A stretch of DNA of 64,000 nt from Vicugna vicugna (taxonomy: Eukaryota), in contig MU057521.1 of NCBI GenBank assembly GCA_013265495.1, forward strand, positions 248,001-312,000. The letters are read 5' to 3'. Both the position numbers and the translations under genes were made by a program. The notes beneath the pieces are model-generated. The model saw nothing but the letters and a program-made list of their open reading frames with translations, did no database searches and had not been told where the DNA came from. This document shows positions 53,763 to 64,000 of this stretch, one piece after another. The stretch's first letter is position 1, and each line of letters opens with the position of its first letter.

Positions 53763-54480
53763 TCCCTGAAATACTTCAACAGGCTTCACAAGAAAAAACT
53801 TATTAACAAATTTCAGCCTACTGTAATGTATCTTTCATGGTCAGGCAGCTTTGTGAAGCAAACTGAAGTCGGCTTTTGTCAGCTTAGACATATTTTCGTA
53901 ATTCTTATTTTGTGCCCACTGTTCCTTGTTAATCTCCATAGTCCTAAAATTTGACAGCAGTTACCTGAATAATCACATTAATGATTATCACAAAGAATAT
54001 TGCTTACAGTTTAGTGTAATTGCTTAGTTCTATAATTTTCTAGGAAGCCAATGGGATTTTAAATGATCAGGAGAAATGGGTTACAGAATTTAGGTCTCCC
54101 AAATTTCCTTCTGTTCTCTAGTCTGCAAGAACTTCACTAATTTCCACATTTGAAATCAGTCTCCATTGGTATGTATGTATGCCTAAGAATATTTGTCATG
54201 TATGTCTAAGAATATTTAATAGCATTTGCCTTCCTGACATATTTCAGCATTTCATTCAATCCTTTTTTCTCCTAGAGTCTCAAATTCCTACATTGCAAAG
54301 TGCTGATTTCAGCTCTAACAGCACAACAGGGTAACCATGAATAGAAATGTATATGAACATTGTAACTGAGTGTGACAAATTCAGAGGGGAAGCTTAAAGC
54401 TTATCTAAGTGAATAGTATCAGTAAGGATAATGCATATTTTTACATAAGTTTATTTGAATAATAAAGGATTCAGTGCAGT

Positions 54481-54785
54481 TGTTATAGAATGAACTGCCT
54501 TTTTCTTCAGATTCACAGACTGAAGCCTTAACTCTCCAATGTGACTATATTTGGAACAGGGCCTTTAAAGAGGCAGTTAAGGTTAAATGAGGTCGTACAG
54601 CTGGGCCCTAATCCAATCTGATGGAGATCCTGATAAGAAAAGGAAGAGACACCAGGGATGTGTGCACACAGAGAAAAGGCCATGTGGGGACCCGTGAGAA
54701 GGTTCACCCAAGAGCCTCAGGAGAAACCAACCCTATTTACACCTTGATCTTGGACTCCCAGCCTCCAGGATGGTGAGAACATACA
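54481..54785 (+). mobile_element. MLT1A/B-like LTR, 3'-truncated
   Basis: 'aatgtgactatatttggaacagggcctttaaagagg...gggccctaatccaatctga...accttgatcttggactcccagcctccag'. Confidence 0.85.
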
Positions 54786-54799
54786 GGAATCTTCTCTGG

Positions 54800-55003
54800 C
54801 CACCAAAGCTGTGTCTGCAGCAGGCCGGAAATGTCAGAGATCAAGCTCCAGTGTCAACAGTCACGATCTGCTGTTGGCTTCTTTCCATTCTTTCTCACTT
54901 CCCTGCTCCTCTGCTGGTGTTTCCTAGGGCCACCTCCCAGATAAAGGGCTTGTGGTGAATACTTGTCTCAGTGTCGACGTCCAGGGCACCCCAAACTAAG
55001 AGA
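54800..55003 (+). mobile_element. LTR16-type LTR 3' remnant
   Basis: 'ctcacttccctgctcctctgctggtgtttcctagggccacctcccagataaa...cttgtctcag...cccaaactaagaga'. Confidence 0.65.
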
Positions 55004-55574
55004 GCCCCTTAGGGTTGCTGTAGTGATTAAATGAAGTTCTATATGAAAGGCCTTTACTTGATGTTTAATAGTTGCAGCCCAATAAATGTCGATTATTGTA
55101 ATGACATGGATCCCCAGCCTTACTGCTCTAACTCGGACTCCTTCTGCTCCTCTAGCCTAAATTCTATACGAAATCCACAGCTTTCTCAGTACCTCTCTTT
55201 CCTCTGCTCATATCTTAATAGCCCTTAAGGGTTTACCACTAAAGCTGGGAGAGGAGCACGCAAAGATGAGCCAAGGAGCAAACATTTATCAAAGGACTCA
55301 GTGTGTTTCGGCACAGTGGATGGAACCGGATGTACTGGAGTAGCTCATGCTGAGAGCTTCCCATGGCCTGTGAAGTGGTTCAAGTTCATAAGCTTGACAG
55401 GTTCCTTTTTTCACTGACTTGGGTTCTTTGCTTTTCTGTGGAGTTAGAAGTGCAATGTAGTTGGACTAGGAGTTTCTGGGGGCAATAGCATTCTGCATCA
55501 GAAACCTCTAAAATGTAAAAAAAAATTTTTTTTTGACTACCCATAACAATTTGGTGACTTAATTGGCGCTGTCA

Positions 55575-55750
55575 CAAAGAACATGGAGCTGAGAGTCCAA
55601 AGCCCTGGATTTTAACTCTGGATCCCGTTACTAATTGTGTGTACCTTGAGTAAGTCATTCAATTTCCTTTGCATCTCAGATCAGATTACTCTTGTGAATA
55701 TCAGTGGGTACATTTAGGTTGTCTCAAAGTTTTCTCAAAGCCCATAAAAA
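55575..55750 (+). mobile_element. MIR SINE
   Basis: 'aagaacatggagctgagagtccaaagccctggatttt...accttgagtaagtcattcaa...ctcag'. Confidence 0.7.
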
Positions 55751-56639
55751 GCTTATGGTGCTTTTTAAGTCAACGAATGAATTTTCACAGTACTTTCATC
55801 TGCAAGTAAAAAGAGCTGGCCCAGAGCTGGAGTGTGAGACAACTATGAAAACACTGATGTGCTAACTTTAAAATTTAAAGTTTGTTTTTTAAAGAACTCA
55901 CACAACCAGGATGTGCACAGGATGTGACTTGAGCAAAATATCCTAGATTATGGTATGCATCATTCGAGACGGTGATTTCTAACAGTCTGGTAGTGTAATT
56001 CAGGGGTCTAGCCTGAGCCATGTGCTTGAGCAGTGAGTCACTTGCAGAGACCCCTGAAAGCTGCAGAGGAGAGGTGTTGTACGCAAGGGCACAAAATATG
56101 ATATGCTGTATGGATTATTTGACCAAAAATCAATAAGCTGCTCTTTTTCATGCTTCTACGTGGAAATACAAAAAAGTGAAACTGACTTGAAATCAAACTG
56201 AAACAGACTCACCTATTTCTGTTGGCCCAGATAATTAAAGAATGAGATTGACCCAAGAGCATATATGACGAGAAGTAAATGGGGTTTTAAAGATTTTTCT
56301 TCAGTATTTGAAAACACAGCATGAGTCTTTTCTTATGCCCTCCCTTTCAGCTGGTGCAAAATTACTCGATGTTTTTTCTAATCACCCAAACTTCAAAACT
56401 TGGAGCTGGCCAAACCAACTCCAGGGCCTTTGGGGAATGTGTGCACGTAAGTTAAAAGAAGAAGGGGGCATCTCATGAAAGGGAGAGTGCACACACACCC
56501 TCCCCCTAACAAAACAACAAAACCTGGCACATTTTATGCCCATACGTGGTGGGTTTTTTTTCCCCTCTGCTTTAGAATGTTCTACTTCTTTTTCCCCCAA
56601 CCTTTCCATCCAGATTTATTCAGTCACCAAAGCTTAGTG

Positions 56640-57350
56640 TTTCTCATTTCTGTCCCTCTCTTGAATCCCTGCTTTCTCTTTTACAGCAGCCACCTTAATT
56701 AAGTTCATATCTCTTAGACTTCCACAAAATCGTTATATGTGGAATTTTGTTTTTACAAATTTTCTTTCTTTGATCAGTCCAAGAATGTGTCATCAAAATT
56801 AATGTTTAAAGCACCCTTAAATCATAGACTTCTGCTAAAAAAAATGTGCTTCCCATCTTCAACAGGCTAAAGTCCAGACTTGTTACTGGAGTCTTAAGGT
56901 CAATTGTTGCCCAGAAGAAAACTACCTTTATAGTTTTATGTCTCACCCCCCCCCTTATATTCTACCTCCTAACCAACTAAACCAGTCTTTCTTCCAGGAA
57001 TATTGCGCTTCCTGTTGTTATAGTTTGACTTATATTATTAAACGCTGCTTATAATGCTCCTTTAGTCTCTCTACTTCATTTATTTAGCTCTTCCCAGCCT
57101 CTAAATGCCCAACTCATAGAAAAGTATCTTATTCCAATAAGTTTCCCCTTTCTCATGTAGATTGACGTGAGTCATCACTTACGTGAGCTGCTGTGTCATG
57201 CGTAACCCTTAACTATTACTAATTATTAATAATAATAAATATTAAATATATGCCACATGTATTAATTGCTGTGAATTATCTTTCTGTATATGTCTTTTAT
57301 CTATATTTTTATATTACATTATGATCTCTGAGACTAGAGTCTAGTATACT
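56640..57350 (+). mobile_element. L2 remnant
   Basis: 'cttcccatcttcaacaggctaaagtccagact', 'gctgcttataatgctcc', 'cattatgatctctgag'. Confidence 0.5.
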
Positions 57351-57654
57351 TCCAGGTTAGAGAAAAATTTATCTCTAAACTTCTATAAATCTAGTTAAAG
57401 GTTTTACTAAATTTATTTGTTAGCCCTGTTATTAGTTGCTAACAGGCAGAGACCTTTCAAAGTTGTGTCATAGCACACTGGTCACTGATAGATGCGTGTT
57501 AACCAGATACATATATTTATCAGAAAGTTAAAGTGGAATGTTTTGTAAATCACTTACTTAACATATATTTATAGATCAATAAACTCTACTTTTTGAATAA
57601 ATACATATAAAATACCCAGTCAATCAATTTTATTGTAATAAGCCTATTATCTTA

Positions 57655-57782
57655 TTTTGGATAATGAAAACGTCCTAAAATTTATTGTGCTGAGTGCACA
57701 ACTCTAAATTTAGTAAAAATATGCATTTAACACAGGTGAAATTTATGCTATCTGAAATATACCTCAATAAAGCTGTTAAAAT
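57655..57782 (+). mobile_element. L1MB-type 3' end
   Basis: 'gataatgaaaacgtcctaaaatt...gcacaactct...ggtgaaatttatgctatctgaaatatacctcaataaagctgttaaa'. Confidence 0.8.
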
Positions 57783-58082
57783 TGTACTATCATGCCTAAA
57801 CATCATAGTTTCTTAAATATATGTGCTTAAATTATTTTTAAAAATTCCACCATCTGACACTGACCATTCACACGCCTTTCAGCACATCACCTTCTTGAAA
57901 TGTTTGTTGCAATTACAGAGTATTATACGTGTTGGTTTACTTTCTTTTCCTTCAAACTTGACCAGGCTTTTAAAAATATGCATAAAATCTGTGCAGACTC
58001 CCCAGTTATCCATTTATCATATTTTCTGCCATGGCCATATTGAAAGGAACTGTGAAGAAAATTAGACCAAATTCATGTTTAT

Positions 58083-58113
58083 ACACAGACACACACACAC
58101 ACACTTGCACACA
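58083..58113. repeat. (CA)n microsatellite
   Basis: Direct observation. Confidence 0.85.
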
Positions 58114-59843
58114 CTTTAACACTCAGGTTTGATTTGCTTTACTAGGTTTTCATTTCACTCTGCTGAGATCATGGCAATTTCAGACAGGGTGAAGACAAAT
58201 CTAAGCTAAAATCTTCCTTTGACAAACAGCTGTATCACAGAGCTGGCTCATTCAGAACACCACCCAATTAACACTGAATATTTCTGTCAGTCAATACGTC
58301 GTTAACTTAATTCCTTTCTAATTGAACTTCCTTTGTTCCAGTATCGGCACATTAAGAGTTATTATCAAGCTGCCTCTGCCGAATGCTTTTGCTCTAAGGC
58401 TTTTCAGAACTCTCCCATCTTTCCTACTCCCAAAATACAGTGTCACTAACCGTGTCTCCTGCAGCTTAAATGGCATCGGCATATTCTAAAATAGCACATC
58501 ACATCTCTATATGGTCAATATGGTAATTTACTGAAAGTAAACCTTTTCATTTAATTAAATAAAACAAATATACCAGCACACCCAAAACAGCTGTCGTCAG
58601 TACTCTGCAAGACTAGAATCCGACTCTTTCAGTCCAGTAGTTTCCCTAGTCTTGCAATTTTGTACTTATCTCTTCCTTAAATTTGAACTCACCCCTCCCA
58701 ATTACATTTTAAGTCATCATGCATGATGACGGTGCAATGAAAAATGCAAACAATGAGTTCAAAAGTTGTGTTTTCGTTCCTAATAACCCAGACTTGAAAC
58801 CTCACACTCATGATTTTTGACTTTTTTCTCCTTGACTATACATCTGATCAGCTGCCCCTGCCTATGTTTCTTCTTCCCCAGACAATTTGGCAGCGGCATG
58901 AGAGTGGGGTTGAGTGGGGAGACTGGTGGAAGGAATAAGCAAAGGAGAAGGATGTCCTAAAAGAAATGAGGACCTTCTATTCCACTTTACTTTAGCTTGG
59001 TTTTCCTCTCATCATCTGGCATTTGGATTAGGTCTTCACACCCAGAATAGCAGGAAAATAATTATTCTTCATTTAACAGTGATATGAAAAATCTAATCAA
59101 AGATGGATCTACTGTGGCTTAAAGTTAGTATTCCTGAAGTTATAGCAGCAGACGAGGGGCTGACTTGTGCCCCAAAGAACTTGATTACAGGTGTTTGATC
59201 ATACTTCAGAAAAGGTATTTAATGTTTTAAATTCATAAGCTTTGCTGAAAAAGTGCAGCAGAAATTTCTACAGAAAAAAGTTTGCTTGTAGAAAAATTAA
59301 CAATACATGTAACTCACTAAGAGTATCGGTAACCTAAGAACAGCATGTGTTATCTGTGTATAGGGGACTTTGAGTGTATACATAGCATATTACAAATCAC
59401 AAAATGAACTGATGAAGCACAGTTAAGTGAACTTTTAAAATTATTAAGCTATATTGAAGATTTTCTATCAAATTATTAAAAAAACATAATGAAAAATAGA
59501 TGGTTCCGTTTCTATGATAAAGACTAGATATTTTGTACTGCTGCTGTATTATTTAAATATGTGACATTGTTTTTAAAAGAAAAAAACATTCTGCAAATTG
59601 CAAAAGCATTCTACAAATTGCAGTGGCATTTGCATCCAAAATCACTGAAAATTGTAGAGTTTGATTATCTAAAGAAATCAAGTACGAATGATAAAATGAA
59701 TATACTTGTATTTAATTGGAATATTGTGAAGGTTAATGAAATCAAACGACCTTGAAGGGATGTAGGTGATGGTTAATATACCACATTGAATTTTTGGATT
59801 AATAGTAAAAGAAAACAACCTGATTCATTTCTGTTTATTCCAG

Positions 59844-60010
59844 CATTCAAACCAAGTGAAACTCCTGGGAATTATTACAGAGACAAATTAAAACAACAGA
59901 TGGACTTGCAGTTGCCTGCATAAGAATGTCTTTTCACAAAGCCTCCTGACAATTTCAGAGATTCTAAGGTGTTCTATTTAATTTCAAATAAAGAACACTA
60001 CATTTTTTTC
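59844..60010 (+). other. Candidate terminal exon (FKPSETPGNYYRDKLKQQMDLQLPA*, stop 59921-59923)
   Basis: 'tttctgtttattccag|' acceptor; AATAAA at 59987-59992 with a T-rich tract downstream. Confidence 0.3.
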
Positions 60011-60659
60011 TTCTTACCAGGCTGTCAATCTCTGAGGGCCCCAAAGAAAATGATTTGAAAACATCATGAAAGTATTTCTCGGGCTTTTCATAAGACACAT
60101 CTTGTAAGACAGGCATAACACTCACTATTTTTTAATGATAGAAGAAAAAAGTATAAGCGATTTCTATCTCCCTAAGTATGAATCTCTATTTTGGGTATTA
60201 AATGAGAACAATTACTTTTATGGAATACAATTTTGACATGGATTTTAAAGAGAAAATACCCAATGTCCCACTGTACTTTTATTTTGTGTAATTAAAAGAT
60301 TTCATTCTTATTTTATGGATCACAGAGTTAAATCAGCCAAACAGCGACTGTGGTAGCACCTGACTCATATGTTTTGCATTTATATGCAGACTCAGGTCTG
60401 TAGACAGGTAATTCTGTTCTGCATTGTTATCAAAGATGTTTTGGATAAATAAGTATTTAGGTCACTCAATAATCTATCTTTTATAAGACAATGTTTTTTC
60501 ACGTTCTGATAGAAGATTCATGCAGATACCCAAAATATATAATGGGGGCTTCTAGTTGGAGAAAATGACTAATTTCAAAGGGTTTAATTGTACTGGTTGT
60601 GCTAAAACTCCATGTAAAGAGGTCTAGGGACTTACAAAATAATTTTTAAAATAAGTCCT

Positions 60660-63400
60660 TGGGATTTCTTCTTCCTGTAAGTGCAGAGTGGCTTTTTGCT
60701 GACTGACTCTCCTTCTGAGAACAACTAGAAAGGCTGGATTTAAAAAAAAAAAAATCTGTCTGAAAGCATCTGCGAGGTAAAAGGGGGCTTAAGGGATCAC
60801 AATCTCAGAAGGCATGAGTACCCAAAGAAATGAGCCTCACATTCATCACCACATTTCTTTTTGAGGAAATTGTTGATTCTCAAGAGGTGATGGAGGTTGA
60901 GAAGCTGAGCAGAACTTCAGCCAATGTTATGTGACTGGGAGCAAGCAAAAATTTGAGTATATAGACCACAAAGAAGAAGGGACTGGGGTAAAAACTCTAG
61001 ACTCTCAGTTGGAACTGATGGAGGATATAGCCCAAGAGTATGTGTAGACAAATGAATTGGCTCTCAGAGACTGAACTCCAGCTTGAACTCAGATCAATTT
61101 TGATTGGATTAAGGGAATCTATCCCTGGCTTAAATGCTTACCAAAAGCAAAACTAAATGCTCTAAATGCTCTTTAGACAAATTTAACATTATTATCTCTA
61201 AATGTTCTCATAAGTTATATGGAGAAATCTAACAATTTACATTGCATTCCATGAGACAAAGTAACAGAATGAACATAAAAAAAGAAGAAGAAAAAGCCCT
61301 TCAAATAGTAGAAACAAACACATAAAACATATTCAAGTTATCCAATATAGATTTTTTAGTAACTATTATTAATATGCTAAAACACAGTAGCCCCCCCTTA
61401 TCCACGGTTTTCAATTTCCAGTTTCAGCTATTCGTGGTCAACCATGGTCTGAATACGAAGTGGAAAATCACAGAAACAAATAATTCATAAATTTTAAACA
61501 TTGAGCTGTTCTGAGTAGCATGATGCAATCTCAAGCCACCCTGCCTGTCCCGCCCAGGGTGTGACTCGCCCCTTTGTCCAGCACACCCCACTCTTTAGTC
61601 ACTTAGCAGCCATCTTAGTTATCAGATTGACTGTCTCGGTATTGGAGTGCTTGTGGTCAAGTAAACTTTATTTTACTTACTAATGGCCCCAAAGTGCCAG
61701 AGTGATGATGCTGGCTATTTGGATACACCAAAGAGAAGCTGTAAAGTGCTTCCTTTGAGTGAAAAGGTGAGGCTCTCAACTTAATAAGGAAAGAGAAAAA
61801 AAATCCTATGCTGAGTTTGCTAAGATCAATGGTAAAAATGAACCTTCTATCCGTGAAATTGTGAAGGAGGAAAAGAAATTTGTGGTAGGTTGGGTCTTGC
61901 ACCTCAAACTGCAAAATGGCCACAGTGTGTGATAAGTGCTTAGTTAATACGGAAAAGGCAATAAATTAATACAATAAGATATTCTGAGCAAGAGAGACCA
62001 CTTTCACATAACTTTTATTGCAGTATATTGTTATACTTATTATTCCTATTGTTGTTAGTCTCTTATTGTGCCTAATTTATAAATTAAACTGTATCATAGG
62101 TATATACGTATAGGCAAAAACATAATATAGGGCTCAGAACATCCACTAGGGGCCCTGGAATGTATCCCCCTGTGGACAAGGGGGATTACTGTATAGATAA
62201 CATAATGAAAAATTTTATCAGAGAGCTGGAATTAATAAAAAGAATCAAAAGAAATTCTACAATTGAAAACCACGATAGCCTAAGGGAAGAATTAATAGTT
62301 GGGTTTGACAACAGATTAGAAAAACCAGAAGAGAGAATTGGCAAACTTAAAGATAATTCAGTAGAACATATGAATAAAACATAGAAAAAATGATAAGATA
62401 TAAAGAAAAAAGTAAAAAAGAAAGTAAAATAAAAAGAAAATAGCAAAAATGGTACAAAATCTGTTGTAATTAGAGTCAGCAAAAAAGAAGGAAAAAGAAT
62501 GGAGCAGAAGCCATATTAGAAGAGAGAATGACTAGGAAATTTTTGACACCAATAAAAGAAATCACAGTGCTAAGAAGCTCTATGTATGGAATCATATAAA
62601 ACACCAGAACTAATACATTCTGTCAGAAATCGAGATGATGATTGCTTTAGGAGAATAGAAACTGGAACAGAACATAGTGGAGTCTTGTGGTTTAGGCAAT
62701 TTTTTTTTTCTTGATCAGGGTACCTGATCTAGGTACAAAGATGTATTTGGTACATGAAAATTCACTGTGCTGCACATTGAAGATATGTGCACTTTCTCTA
62801 TGTATTTTACAGTTCAAATAAAGTTTAAAGAATGTATATTAATAATGTTAATATCAACAATAATAAGGCTATACAAATTCCCAACTAGGATTAACACAAT
62901 GAAAACCACCCTGGGGCACAACACAGTAAAATTTTTGAAAACAAAACCCAACCATACGCTGCTTACAGGACAGACATCTTTAATAAAAGGGCAAAAAAAG
63001 ATTGATTGTAGAAGAGTTAAAAAGGATAATTCAGACAACCCTCATCAAAAGAAAGCTTATATAACTATACTGATATAATACAAAGTAGACATTGATGCAT
63101 AAAGCATTACTAGATACAAAGAGAGACATTTCATGATGATAAAAGGAATCAATCCACTAAGAAGATATAACAATTCAAAATTTGTATGCAATACAAAAGG
63201 TAGCTTCAACTTATGGAAAGAGATATTTTCACAATCTCTTTTTATGGCTGATAAAATAAGCAGACCAAAAAGTAAGTTAGACTACAGAAAATCTGAACAA
63301 TGCGATTACAAACTCAAGCCAAATGTCAATTTTGACATATGTAAAACAAGACAGCATATATTATTTTCAAGTACTCACAGAATATTTACCAAAATTGACC
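60660..63400 (+). mobile_element. Fragmented old L1M (5' region, ORF1, ORF2 endonuclease), interrupted by MER44 and an L1 3' fragment (~62600-62830)
   Basis: ORF1-like GFDNRLEKPEERIGKLKD; EN-like 'cccaaccatacgctgcttacagga', 'agagagacatttcatgatgataaaagg', 'ttttcaagtactcacagaatatttaccaaaattgacc'. Confidence 0.8.
61385..62191 (+). mobile_element. MER44/Tigger7-derived DNA transposon
   Basis: TIRs cagtagcccccccttatccacgg and ctgtggacaagggggattactg, then TA; remnant transposase start MAPKCQSDDAGYLDTPKRSCKVLPLSEKV at ~61683. Confidence 0.9.
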
Positions 63401-63404
63401 TGGT

Positions 63405-63480
63405 CAGATTTTTACCTAGTCATTTTACAAATGAGGAAGCTGAACTAATCATCTCTGAGAGCAAGAGAAATGGAACAAAG
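63405..63480 (-). mobile_element. MIR fragment
   Basis: 'cattttacaaatgaggaagctga'. Confidence 0.6.
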
Positions 63481-64000
63481 ACTGTAATGACAGTGACAGG
63501 GCTTTTATCGGAACATACATCTGGACTCTGGTCCTCAGTACTTCAGCCTCCTCAATTAAAATAAGTGAGACCAGAAGTATATTCTAATAAATGCTTTGCA
63601 ACTGATCTGCTGGCTTCCTACATACGAAGCAGCTGTTATGGAGATTGTGCCATAAACATAGAGGAAAAAACTCTAGGAAGTGTCATTTTCTTTTCTAACT
63701 ACTAGTAGAATGGTGTCACATTACAGGCAAATTCAGTGCCATAAATGCATTGAGAGGAGCTTTCAATTTATATTGGACAACATGATCAGGGTAATGATGA
63801 CTCCAAAATAGCTTATAACAAATGACTGTAATTCATTCTTGCTTGACTATATATCACCAGGTATATGTATATGTGTACGAATCTCCTAAACCTTAAACCT
63901 CAAGCTACTATGACAGTAACTAGGAGGTCTACAGACAATTCTGCTGAGTATTTATTGGGCAGGAGTACTACTCTGCCCTGAATTTCTTTACAAATAGGAA

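Noticed and set aside
62160..63564. ORFs with L1 ORF1/endonuclease-like residues
   Set aside because: Frameshifted, interrupted remnants of an old L1; not functional.
1..64000. CRISPR arrays, tRNA/rRNA genes, prokaryotic operons or defence systems
   Set aside because: None seen; the sequence is mammalian repeat-rich DNA.

Overview
AT-rich mammalian genomic DNA, probably intronic or intergenic. Most of it is decayed interspersed repeat: L1/HAL1, L2, MIR, MaLR/ERVL LTRs, and Tigger and Charlie DNA transposons. The young L1 3' ends and the lack of Alu, Bov-tA, PRE1, ERE or SINEC suggest a non-ruminant cetartiodactyl, most likely a camelid (inference). I cannot identify an intact known protein-coding gene, and the ORF track is almost all spurious or repeat-derived. 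The one recognisable host-gene sequence is a ~155-bp piece of FLAD1 (FAD synthase, molybdopterin-binding domain). It sits in a ~350-bp L1-mediated retrocopy with a 14-bp TSD, a poly(A) tail and a 5' inversion. The sense arm of that retrocopy ends at an L2-derived AATAAA rather than FLAD1 C-terminal coding sequence, so it may be a fossil of an alternatively polyadenylated FLAD1 transcript. Several + strand exon-like segments can be chained in phase into a small unidentified ORF (speculative). Repeat family names come from recalled consensus motifs, not a search, and boundaries are approximate unless TIRs or TSDs are quoted.
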